A stretch of DNA of 64,000 nucleotides, from contig NW_002060947.1 of NCBI RefSeq assembly GCF_000150275.1, positions 2,779,740 through 2,843,739 of the forward strand. Reading direction: 5' to 3'. The translations under genes were made by a program, and so were the position numbers. The first letter of the stretch is position 1, and each line of letters begins with the position of its first letter. Origin of the DNA: Trichoplax adhaerens (Eukaryota; Animalia; Placozoa). The notes below the pieces were generated by a model, which was given only the letters and a program-made list of their open reading frames with translations, made no database searches and was not told where the DNA came from. This document shows, piece after piece, positions 15,701 to 29,060 of this stretch.

Positions 15701-17753
15701 GTTATTATTATTGTAATTAATCAAAATAGCATGATGTGCTTATAACTATGATTTTTAAAATTCTGCGTATTTTAGTGCATCAGGAACTATTTAGTGTTAA
15801 TAAGAAAAAATCATTTTAAATCTGTAGATATAGCACGTGTATGACATCGAGAAGGACATAATTTACCTGTAATATCCATTTGATTTTACTACGTTGAACG
15901 AATTAACGATTACTTGCGTATCGTTTGCTGATGTGTAGTAGTCAAATTACATTAAACACACTAATTATGTGAACAACTGGGGATTGTCAGTAAGCCGGAT
16001 AATAAGCACAGTATTATATGATATACTGATGATTGATCGACATTGTTTATTATTTATATCTTTAATGATCAAAATTACCCCATGGTAGACAACGTAGTAA
16101 TTTTTGCTCTATAATATCTGTTGATATGTCATTGACAGATACACTTTGGTGTTATCTATGGATATAAATATTTGATTTGACAATTTGTTGTACGCAGAAG
16201 AATATATGGTATTTTGTGAATGTTTTCAACAAAGTAATAATAAATTATGCAGAATATGTAATTAACCTATATTTATGGAGGGCCATGATCTTTCTACGTC
16301 AATTTTACCGATCTGTAAATTGATGCTATCAAATGCAAATAATGATGTTTATAGCAAAATTTAAAGAGAAAGCACTTAAGAATAGGAGATACAGCCAATT
16401 TTTTTTCGTACTGTAAATAGTACAATAAGAGATATGATACATTTGGCCCAAAATTCCGGTTTAATAGTCTCTTAGGTATACAGTAAAACAAGATATCTTA
16501 TTTGCCAAGTCACATATAGTAAAATATTGTAGATAGTCTTGACTCGAATTAACAAAATCTAGTGGAAAGTATAGGCGGTATATTCAGTTAGTTTATTACA
16601 TGAGACCAATTCTAAAAAAAGTGGCTTCTGCTAACCGCTGTGACATTAATGTGCTGCATAAAAATTATCAATTAAATCATGATTTTATTTTTAATATTTG
16701 CTATATTTTTAGCTTCTGTCTTCAAGTGGTAATGCCTTACTTTAGTTCAGATTTTATGAGATGAAATATTCCCATTTCATAATTAATTAAAAAATTACAT
16801 GAGTAAAATTAGAGTTATTTTGAAAACAAATCGACTCATATTTATAAAATTAACGATGAATGGCAGAAAATTGGTAGGACTATCAGTTAGGTAGGACAAA
16901 TGGACAACCTCATTAAAAAATTTTGGTAACGTCATTAATTTCATTTTCAGCGCTAAAAAATTAACAAACCAAACTAAATATCGTAGCGCCTCTTATGAAA
17001 TAGTTATGTCAATGTAGATTGCGATTAATGTCATTTATTTCTTTGATATCCTCTATTTGCTTACTTTAACACTTCTGTATGATTGTCTACTATTAAATTG
17101 CAATTATAAGATTAAGTAGTAACAATATTATCGACAAGTAAACCATGAAATAAACAGAAGATATTAACAATAACAATCTTCAAGAATAGCATTTTATTTA
17201 ATACCGTGTCAAATAACTTATTCTTGAATAGTAATCCTATTATTTCAAGTAGTGTCTTGTTGAATGTACCGAGCAATTGTTTGTTTTTATATATGCACTG
17301 GACGATTAATCATGTATATGAGTATCGTATAATTATTGATTATTTTTATTTAATACTAAAATGTCAGTATTAGTCTATAATAACAATGTAAAATTTTAAA
17401 TAGTAATGTTTGAGGTAATGTACTGTATAACCAGAGGAGAAATGTTATATGCAGATAGTAGAACTTGAAAATTACAAATGCATATGAATATACCGCATTT
17501 TATGTATATTTCGTAAATATATTTATAATAACGATGCCTATGCAATGGCACTTATTCGTATTCAAGATCACGTTAGTAATTAATGCAACAATCGAAGCAC
17601 ATGATAGACTCATTTTCTTCGCTTAGCAATTAGATGAATACATTCTCTTTTAACAGATCAATTGCCATCTCTTGTAATTTTGAAATATCCCTAAAAGAGG
17701 ATATCGCACTCATTTTTATGCACTTTGAGCAACACAAAGATAGCTAAAGCTAT

Positions 17754-20700
17754 TTATACCAACGAAATATGTTGTACATCTTTTCGAGTAGTACCCATAT
17801 TAAATTGGTGTTGCATTTTTTCAAATAATTCCTGATCTTTTTCCGCATCTCTTTCTGCACCTCTTTCTGTATCACCATGAGTTGGCGTAATTAATAAGTG
17901 GATTTCAGCGGGTAAGCCAGGCGTTTGTTCTACCCCACTACCGGTAATCGATGAATTTTGTACTGTGTACATATTTTCAACACTTTTAGCTAGGAATTGA
18001 GAAGATGCTGTATAGGAAGAGGCTACTGGACTTGTATTTGCTGGTTGTTTATACCTATTTTTTGATTCACAATTAGATGAGGATCTAGCACGTCCGTATT
18101 CACCTTCAAATGGATGATTACTAGATGAATTATATCGATTATTGATTGGATAGGGTGATGCTTTAAAGGCAACATTGAATTGATCGATAGATCGATTCGG
18201 TATGCCTTGTGGCTGACCATTAGGATAATTTTGAGTATGATGACGGCTGAATTCATCTTTTTCAGGTGCAGCTAGTGGTGGTTGATAAATGTTAGGTGAT
18301 GACGTTGGTTGGCGATCTTCATGATGACCCATCGATGATGAAGTAGCAAATTGTATATCTACAGTTTCATTACGATTCCATTGTTCTACATGTGCTATAT
18401 TATTGTAATTGTCATATGTTTGATTACGATACTGGAATGAACTTCGTCGTTGTGGCATATTATTTGGTTTATTTAATGAATTATTTAATGGATATTCCTG
18501 ATAGCTATGATCACGACTAGATCGATGTTTAGTACTCTGGGAGCGAGTAATTCTGCTATTACGATTACTATAGTTGCCATTACTAGTATCAGTATTGACA
18601 GGATCTTGATTTGGCACTTTAGTTTTATGTTGACGTAGTCCGTCTTGTTGATGGAAAGTAGGTATAATGTTTAAATTGTTGCCATTGTTAAAAATATTAT
18701 TGCTACTGGCGATAACAGCGTTATTGGTGTTACTATTGTTATTACTAGATGTTGTTATATTACTATTATTGATAGTACTATTATTATTGTTATTATTAGC
18801 GCTACTATTAATATTGGTATTACTATTAGCGTTTATAAGTTCCAGATTAGTGCCGCGCATAGCTTGCTGTCGCATTCCATCTTGAGAAAGGATATTGCTC
18901 TTGATATCATTACTGTTCTTGATATGGTCTTGATTTGGCGTTCTTATAGTTTGTTGGTGATTGCTATCCTGATGTGATGTTCGTATAGTTTGCTGCCTCA
19001 AACCATCATGATGATGTTGAAATGTTGGCATTATACTTAGATCAACATTATTAACAATGCTACTACTATTGCCATAATCTTGTGTTGGTGTTCGTATTGT
19101 TTGTTGTCGTACACTGTCTTGATTATGAAATGTTGATGTTATATTAACGTCTGCGATACTGCTTCCACCATTGCTATTCATATTAGATTGCTCTTGATTT
19201 GAAACTCGATTGGTTTGTTGATGTAGTCCGTCTTGATGACGAAATGTTGGCATAATACTAATGTCACCAACACTATTTTCACGAGGACGCGAGGGTGATG
19301 CTGGTTCGTGATATTCGTTGCTTCTAGCTGCTAAGATTGTTGATAAGTTGGTGTCACTAACTCGATCACTGTATCGCCGTAATAGTGGATTAGTAGTAGC
19401 AACTGAAGAAGAAGAATTGGGGTAATCTATCTCACTATTGCTACTAGATGACGTATAACTGTTAAGATTTAAGGTAGCTGGATCATTGCCAACTTGCACT
19501 TGCTGTTGATTCAATGTCGTCTTAAGCCTTCGATTTTCACGTATGCTATCATTATTATGATGCTTAGCCGCTTGGAACTGGTTCTCCGATTGGTTACTCT
19601 CGGTATTGCTACCATTAACTGTTGCCTGTGATATCGGTATAATTTCAGTTTGTTTTAGGCCAGCATTGGTTGAAGATGGCAAACTTAAGTTAGATGCCGT
19701 TAGTTCTGATCGGTCAACAGTCTCTTTTGTATTACTATCATCACGTTTCAGTTTCTGTCCCAGATTTAAAGTTTCATTGCTTTCTTTCTCCCTATAGAAT
19801 TTATACCTTAAGTTATAATCTGCGTTTTGATTTATAAGGGACAGAGTATGGTATATAACTTTCCTCAACTAAATTATTGTCGCTGTAATTTGTTAGTATT
19901 TAAACAAAAGATACCACTATATCACTGAGTTTATCTTTATACCTAAGCAATTGCTCTTGTTTCTTGTTTAATAGCTGAACGGCAGCGGCAGGTTCCCTTT
20001 CCAGGAGCGCAAGGAAACTCTTGCGATAGAGATTGGAGGAGATCTGTCGGCAAATATAAGTATATGATTTCGTAAATTCTAACAGTAAAAATTAGTGATT
20101 GCAGCGAATTAGATCAATTTAGAGATTATCGTATCTTAATATAGCTATCTCGTTATTCTGTAAGGAAGAAAGACTACCTCAAATAGAGTAGAATTTAATT
20201 CAATAAGATCTTCAGTTATGCCAATAACTATAGGCGTGTCATCAACACGATCAGCGCTATCGACAGCGAAATCTTGATTAACATTTTTCATCTATTTCAT
20301 GACATAAATTCAATGAAAGTTTATTATTTACATTTAAATCTAAAAATCATATTAAAATATAATATTAGTAAAAATTTAAAGTTTACCTTATGCAAAATAT
20401 TTGGGCCCATAACCTTAGCCAAATTGCTGATATCCATTTTATTTCCTGGTATCTTTAAAGATGGGCATAGAGATATTAGAAAATATTGTATGTAAATAAT
20501 GCAATTTGAATGGCGGAATAAAACTACGATATTATCGAATGGTAGAATGATATTAATATGAATTTTTATTAGAGCTACCTTTTCTCCATCGTTTGTTACG
20601 ATATCATCCGCATTTTTAGCAACATTATTTAGGAATGCCACTAAAGATCTCAAAGTGTCACGATTGGGAATTGGCAGAATACAGCATAATAGCTTTAACG

Positions 20701-23700
20701 CTTCTTTTCTTTCTTCCGGCGATAGTTCTAGAACAGATATTAAGGAAAAACCATTAATTAGATTCAGAATTTATCATTATAATGAATTATTTGCGAAAAA
20801 GCAAAATGTTTGTAATAAATTTTTAGTGATTAATATGCTAACGAATATAATGCATGATTCACTTACTTTTTGTGGCTAAAAAGGAAGAATATAACTCTCT
20901 TGTTAAGAGGGGTTCCGGTAAATAACGAAAGAAATCTTTAAAAATGGAGATAACATCATGTGGTGTATGTTCGTTTTCGTCAAATTGTATCGGTTGACCA
21001 TTATCAAGATCCGCGCATATCTAGGCACGTTAGCATCGCGAAATCAATCAATTGATCGTACATCAATAATTCATTCAGTATATACGGTAATTTTTCTATG
21101 ATTAACTTAATAATCCGATATTAAGTTATGAAATTCTGTTGATCTTATACCTGCTTAATCTTTTTCTTGGATGATGCTATTCTAAATAAACCTTCTGCCC
21201 GCAACCCTGATATCAAGAATGCATAGAAAGGAAATATTGAATTTTTGAGTAAATGATAAGATTCCTGGTTTACTGCTGTATTTGTATCCAATAATTACGG
21301 TGTTGTATTAGTATCAGTTTGATTATTAGTATAAACTTTAATACCTCAATATAGGGTAAAATCATCTAACGTTCCTAGTAACTTATAACTATTAAATATG
21401 AAATGCTGTATAAAAATTGCTTATTACATTATCGTCTGTTCTTAAATGAAAGTACAGTGCATGAGCTGAGCGAGTATAAAATAACTGATTTTATATTTTG
21501 AACTAACTTGTTGTCGTTGCTATATCATTCATTAATACGTTTTGATCACTGAACTGGATATCGATAATCCTTCTACATTTAGGGTACAATAGTTTTAAAC
21601 TAAAGATTAAATTTATCTGTTTACTGACCATTTTTTTCTATAAATTCGATCGATTTGGTAACGATCAATGGTATTTTAGGTTGTTGGACAACATATTCAT
21701 CAGGATCTCGATGGTTGTTATTTTGTCGACGTTTATTTTCGTCAGAAGAGGGCAAGGTTAATGCTTCAACCAAGATCGAATTTCGTCTTTCCATAATTGG
21801 TGAAGTCAGTATATTTTGTTTACGGCGACCTTGGTTTAATCTAGGCATTTTACAGTCTTTGTTAACTTCTAGTGCAGCAATTAGTGATCGACGAAATGCT
21901 TTTGGACTTCCGAGTGATGCGCTAGCAAAAATCTGATTGATATCTTCAGCGTCTACGTCACCTTTAGTATTTGCTGATTTTTGAGCTAACTTTAATTGAT
22001 TAATCTCATCTTGTCTGGATTTTTCATCATTAGCAATTACTTTAGATAACGGAATAGTAAAAATTTTGGTCGATGTCTTGGAATCTATGAAATTTTAAGA
22101 CACGTGTAATACAGCAAATGTTGTTAATAAATTCAATCGTTATTAAAGCTAAATGTCATTATTTGCCTACAATTTTAATTTCCGTAAAATTAATAAGTAG
22201 CAGCTATTTTCTTCGATTTTAATCATTTTCATGTGTTCGATAAATTTTTTGAACTAGCTTATATATTCATAATTAGTATTATGATGCACTTTGATGTCAA
22301 AGTTTAAAGTTTATTTATCTTAAATTAGACTGAGGCAGACTATATCATCGTCATAATCACAATACGTGCTAGTATTTGTATACTAGAGCGTAATTTTGTT
22401 ATTAACCTTTATCATTGCTAGAATTATTTCTTTTCTTCTTGGAAATTCTTTTCTTAAATGAGCGCTTATGAGATGCTTCTGAAGCGTAATTCAAAATGTA
22501 AAATTTTTAAATTCTATAAATATTGGTGTAGTAATATCATTTTATAATTAGAGTTATCTGATTATAACTATTGGCACGTTTGTGTTGAGCATGATGGCTC
22601 TAATGGACTAACCTTTAGGCATTACAACATCGGTGATACCATAATCGTTTTTTAATATCTTGATCGCAGCATCTCTCAACCCTACATTTTCAGCTTTACA
22701 TAATTCAAGCATTTGGATTGTTTTCTTATTGGCAATATATTTAGTTAGCAAAGATTGCCACTGCAGTGTTTCCTTTAATTCAAGATTAAAAAGATGAAAA
22801 ATAAGTTCGATCAGTAACTATACAAATCATACCATTACTATGGATGAGCTATATTGTAATGATCATATACGTATATTAAAGATATTCTTCACTGGAATTA
22901 AAGAATCTACAATATTTGTACCATCTGCAAGTATCATGTTGATAAAGATAGTATTGGTGTTGGATGCTAACAAAATCTAATTCTATTGTGATACTGCAAG
23001 TTTATCCATAAGTAGGTAATAGGCTCGTGCTTAGAGCAGAAACGGTAGTAAAGAATCATTATTGAGATAATGATGAATAACTTATAGTTATTATTAGGAA
23101 ATGAAAGACAGATAGAATAATATGTGAGATTGAGTAGAATGGCTTGTACTACACTTATGAATTACTATAGAGGATATGTTATATTTAGTTAGTAATAATT
23201 AACTTCAATAAGTCTAAGTCTCTACTGTGTTCGAACGTTTATCAGTTTGAGTGATCGCAATATTGGATAGAACATTTGCTATAATTTTAATATGGAAAAA
23301 TTTATGTCCTTATATCTAAAAGATATCGATTCAGTTCAATTAAAATCATTCTTTGTAAGACCATGTATAGCTTATCTAACATAAATGCTAATTCTTAGGG
23401 CTGTCGATAACAGAATCATTAGAGTTAATTGCTAACATCTTCAGTCAAGTACCAAATGTAAAATTGTAATACTTTAATCATTTCCAAAGTATTTCTAACA
23501 GAAGAACTACATAATGATATAAAAGTTACCAGTTTAATTTGATTATGCCAGTTAAGCATCAATCGTCGAATCGATAACGTCTTTCTGTAACCCATTATAC
23601 AGGAAAGTCAAGGTATATTAATGAGTAGTACAGTAAAATCTATACTTGTAAGTAGTGAATCAGCACAGTATTAGTGATGATATAGTAACGTTGGAGTTAA

Positions 23701-26700
23701 AAGAGAAGGTTGACGTTTAAATTACTGGAACAAATATTTTATTAATATGTTATCATGATAGCAGGTCCTTTTGGATGAAAGTACTGATTTCCATTACTAT
23801 TGTAGTAATTATATAAGAACCTAAAAGATTTCAGTCTCTCTAAACAATTTATTCAATCTAATTCTGTTAACTTTAAGGTAGTATCAATGATTTTAATGTT
23901 GTATTAAGTGACATTTAGGATTGATAGTTAATTGTTTTATAGTCATGTTAACAAATTATCTAATAGCGATGACAAAAACATGTTGACGTTTATCGACTAG
24001 TCGATATGGCAGACATACAGACTTCAATTTATCAGCTTGTATAATAACATTGCGTATTATTATGTCACCCTTTTCATTATCCGATATTTTTAAGGTTAAA
24101 AATAATATATTTTTGTCTAGAGTGATTGTTTTCTTATAGACTAACAAGGGAACAAATAGAATAGGTCAATGACTACAATGGATGATTAATGTAAGAATTA
24201 AAAGTTTAAGCAGGCAATCTATAATAGCGTACATAACTCTGACATGATTGCTACAAGTAACACTTTATATGTTTTGAAGACGTACAGTTTTAAGCTTTTG
24301 TTAAAGATTGGATAGTTGAAGAAATAATTTTTTCGAGCATAGTTAAAAATGTAATATTGATGATATGCATATATGGAGTGTGATGATAAATGAGAAATTA
24401 GTTACATGTAACAGTCGATAAGCAGTATTACATTAGATAGATTCTTGACTGAATCGATAAATAAATTGATAAGATGATGGATGATTGCTATTTTTACGTC
24501 GATTTTTTCATTCTGTATTGACGACAGTAATACTGCATTCAAAGTTGACGGGATTTCAACTTAGATCATCATTTGTCATGGTATAATTATGAAATGTAAA
24601 GGTCGACAATTCACAAAGTGGAATTTGTAGACATGGTTTACGTTGGCTATTACTCATCTTTACAATTAAAGAATAATAACATTCTTGTCATAACCCCAGG
24701 GGATATATACATAGACATGATAATACAATCTACGTTAAGATCGCCATTGACTAGAGCTAAATGTAAGGGATATTTACTGCAAATCTTAATAAAAAATGGA
24801 ATTAAATGATTATCATCTATACGTAAGCTGTCTAGTATGCAGAAAATAACAGGAAATTTCATGATTATAGAACATAAAAGGGCATTAATAATTCAATCAA
24901 TTTAAATGAAATATTAAAACATAATTTGGGTGACAGATATATGAGAAATGGATTTGATCGTCAACTTCTTTTAAATCTAAGTATGATTTCTTTATGGCAA
25001 TATCAAAATTAAATCTTACAGATTGGAATTAAGCTCTCATAATCCGCAAAATAATATATCTCAAGTAAATACAATGATAAATATTTTTACTTAAAGTCGC
25101 AATCTGCGATCTTCTGATTCATATATCGACACCGGCATATAATAAGCTCCATATTTGTCGGGAAGTTACAATATACACCAGCAATTTTCACGTTAAATCA
25201 TAATTTATGAGATTTGTTACGTACGATCAGGATCTACTTGATTAATATCGCACATGACTCGAACAAAAAAAGCGCCATAAATTCAGTACGTTTAAGTTGA
25301 TGACGACACACAAAACTTTACAGATGGTTCCCCTTTAAGGACGAAGATCAAGGTTTACGATATTGATAGCTTTCAAACTACAGTAATTGTTTATAATGAC
25401 ATTTTCATACATTTCAAGCCGTAAAACTGATAATTTATATATAGAATCCGTTTGTCGTATCTGTCTGGCTATAACACAAGCTAATTTGACTGACTCAATG
25501 AAATCGAGAACTATTTCAGTTTAAATTTATTATTAAAATTTTCGGTCAGGTCGTATTATAGGTTTCGACGAGGCAAAGAATTGATGAGTCTCATGGGGCT
25601 GTTTTATCCAATAATGCTAAAGTCTATCTTGGTTGGTTTGAGCCTCTCTTGTGGAATTTTTGTAAACAACAAATTACAATACGGACAACGCCGAAGGATG
25701 CCGTTCTTATTGTAGTAAGAAAAGAAGAAGTAAACAATAATGTTTAACTTGAAGGATTATAATCTCCTAATGTGCACTACGATCATCAAAAAAATGACGG
25801 TACTTTTCTATGCAATATACTATACAATATGTTACTGACGAATTAATGTACATGTGTAGAAAGATAAACAAAAGATGAATACGGCAATGAAAAGTCGAAC
25901 TTATTAATATCACTTTGGCGGACGATAAAACAGTGTCTATCAAAAATAGCTGACATAGTAAAATAATAATTATGGACTGAATTAACGATAGCGAGCATTT
26001 TATCTTATCTAATACTATATTTACTGTCGTCAATGAGCGCTAAATGCTACTCTAATAATCTTCTATTGCGCATAAAATGGCATAAAGTCTCTTAATGATT
26101 AGTAGATAAGATCGGACGGTATCTGATATGATTATCCGTATCTGTGAAAAAAACCGAGCAAGGGTGAAAAAGCACCTATTTCAGCAAAATTTTACTTGTA
26201 GAATGATAACGCTGGACTATATGACAAGAATTTTTAAATGCACTGTACTCAAATAGCATTATTACGATTCCTATTATGAATGGAAATAAAATGTAAAAGT
26301 GTGAATTGATTCTAAAGTTATGTATTTGAGAAGGCTTATTTTAAATTTAACTGTTTTTCTCTAACAAATGATCAATGCTTCGTTTTGTTCTCTCTTCAAG
26401 ATTTATCTCCAACATCTGATACAACGAAGGCCATAGTTCTGTGAAACTTCACATTCTAACATTCATTATTTTACTCAAATCTAGTTATGGATATTTAATA
26501 GACGTGATACGACTAGCTAAACAAACTTAGCAATTACTGAACGAGTTCGATTAGTCGCCTAGTACCGTATTTACTGTTAGAATTATTCTATTATTTGCAA
26601 CACCCTTTGCTTGATTATAATGTTTTAGAAGCGATAATTATAGTAAAACGTTAGAATGGGATATTACTATTCATCACGATAGTGGCTAGTGTTAGAAAGT

Positions 26701-29060
26701 TATGAATCTTATTTGATTTTGATAAACATCTGTCATATTAAAATACTACAAAACACTTACAATAGTACGCATCATTCCGCGATATAAGCTAAGAACTTGA
26801 TGAATTATATGGAACCCAAGTCTTATCACCTATTCGCGGTTGTCTGGACGCTCATAACTGTTTAAGTCATATAAGAAACTACCTTGGTCTATTGCTAATC
26901 TAAGATTAAAACTGAGAATGTTTATATTTCAACGATTTATTTAAATTTTAATTCGTAATATCCGAATATTTTAATGTAGTCGATTGCAAAATAATTAATC
27001 ATTCGCATGGTAACGGAACTGCGTGAAATTTATATATCACATTTCACCGTAGGTTTACTCCTATCGGGATAATTCCAGTCGGGTGTATGAAATAAATGCA
27101 ATCAACGTAGATAAAAAAAGATAAACCAAGAAACATGATATCATGCTAATTTAGTAGAGATATTGAACTTATATCATTATAATTTATTGTCCTAACGCGA
27201 TATAATTCTAAATTACTTGATTAAGCCATGAAAAATTATAGTTACTAGCAGTCCATGAAGGTGTTTCAGTCTTACTTATGATATACTGCATTACTCGTTC
27301 ATTATCAGAGTTATGTACTCAATGATAACGGCATCTATTTGGCTTGTTTGTTAATGATCCGCAAAATATATGTATAACCTGCATTTATATACTGTTTGAC
27401 ATATGTAATGGACACTGAGTAATGTATGTCATTTAACATTTTTTTAACGATGCCTGAGAATGATTTATGATTTTGGTTCCAATATGCTTGGACTGCTAGT
27501 TTGAAAGTTGATGTGTATCTGTTTATCATTTCATGGATGTTTTACGAGCACGATAGCGTGGTCGTATACACGCGCCTACAGTCATATGATTAATTCAGAG
27601 TTTTTTATGGCGGCCAAGATCGTAGTTCATTCATAGATATAAAAATGGGGAGGGGAGGGAATGCTAAACTACGGTAATTATTAGAACTGTTCTTGATTGT
27701 AGCGGCTAATAGCTTTCAATGCTACATTTATTTGATCGAATCTTTTACTATATCAATAGAATATTTTAGCTTTACGATTACTTTATAACAAATTTCTTCA
27801 AGCTACCGATATCAATTTATTAGTACGCGTACATAAAAACTTCCCGCGTACTATCACGTATTGCAGTATACTTCAAAGGTCTTCCGGACTTGAATAGTGG
27901 TGGACAAGAAAGTATTTAAATACTTTTTAGCAAGATATTTAAACTGATCGAGTAAGGCAAACTGCAGGATTCCGATGCTTTCAATTTACATTCAGACTAC
28001 TATTTTGGTTCGTAACTTAATGATGGTAAGATATCGAAACTCATACTGAAAAGAAGAGCTATTAAACATGGCGAAGCAAATATTTTAACTGAGGATAAAT
28101 CATGGTAAATAGAAATTGCCCTTTATAATATAGATTTGTGTAAAATAACAAAGTGACTAGTAGAATAATTAAAATGAAATTAAAAATCTTATCTACATCA
28201 TGCTATAAATTGTCTTTGTAGCGTTTAAAAGGTGTGAATAAACCAAAAATCACGATTAATGACACCTTTAAATTAAAGTATCCACTGATCAATAACATCC
28301 ACCAATTATGAACGCTACCATATTCCTCGATTTACTATGATAAATCCTGTTCTTTCACTATGGCTTACATAATGTAAGTATTACATCGTAGTACATTCAA
28401 AAATGAGTAAAATAATGCCATGTCGTCAACGGTAGGTATCATATAGAGATAAATTTATTCTGAATATGCCTGATTAAAGGAGATTACGCGTTGATCAAAT
28501 AGAAATATGTTACTAACCTCGTGGTTCTTACTACTACCACTGCGATTCTTGCTTCGTTTGAATTTACTGCTTTTAACCTTTTCTTCCAATGAACTTTGTC
28601 CAGCAGACTGTGTACGCTTGATATCATTGCCATCTACTACAATATTGAACTGATCTCGATCTTGTTCATTCAAAGTCTCTAAGTCATCTTTACTGTGAGA
28701 ATTGTTGCTGAAAAGGCCGGTTAATTTAGGTAATTTTTTACTATTCTTTTTGACGATGTTACTGCCATTTTGCGCTGTTGGTGTTACTGCGGCTGCTGAT
28801 ATTGGCTCGTCATCACCATTTTCCAACTTATTACTTTGCAAATGGTGATATTGAGAAAGTGAAGGACTACTGTTGTTGCTACTATGACCATAAATCCCTA
28901 TATTGAGATTAGCCTGCTTACTGGCATTATTATCATCATGGTCTGAGGATTCCTGCTGCGAACAATATGGGGATCGATCGTTGCGACTAATATGGGCATT
29001 GGTAGCCATTCGAAAAGAATTTTCAAACGTTGGAGTTATTGGATTGGTATTCACACTCAT
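17754..29060 (-). CDS. ARHGAP6: Rho GTPase-activating protein, ARHGAP6/ARHGAP36-like, multi-exon
   Basis: Minus-strand exons: 29060-28518 (MSVNT...KNHE); ~22773-22614 (ETLQWQSLL...VVMPK); ~22480-22407 (KRSFKKRISKK); ~22084-21628 (IFTIPLSKVIAND...IPLIVTKSIEFIEKNG); then RhoGAP exons with GLFRIASSKK (arginine finger), HDVISIFKDFFRYLPEPLL, LPIPNRDTLRSLVAFL and GNKMDISNLAKVMGPNIL; and a long final low-complexity exon ~19791-17754 ending QHISLV*. The pre-GAP motifs resemble the ARHGAP6 family. Confidence 0.85.
18601..19266 (-). repeat. Coding ~25-aa imperfect repeats (5-6 copies) plus a poly-Asn tract in the RhoGAP tail
   Basis: Units DISIMPTFRHQDGLHQQTNRVSNQE, DVNITSTFHNQDSVRQQTIRTPTQD, DLSIMPTFQHHHDGLRQQTIRTSHQD, NHQQTIRTPNQD, NILSQDGMRQQAMR and NLNIIPTFHQQDGLRQHKTKVPNQD occur in ORF 17754..19868. 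Confidence 0.85.

Noticed and set aside
18667-18885. Leu-rich + strand ORF resembling a membrane peptide
   Set aside because: It is the antisense shadow of the poly-Asn (AAT/AAC) tract in the RhoGAP exon.
27647-27659. G-run ggggaggggaggg as a G-quadruplex
   Set aside because: It has only three G tracts.
23000-28400. Short ORFs in the long RhoGAP intron (also 35021, 39274, 55980, 56253)
   Set aside because: They show AT-rich random-like composition, no motifs, and no consistent exon chain.
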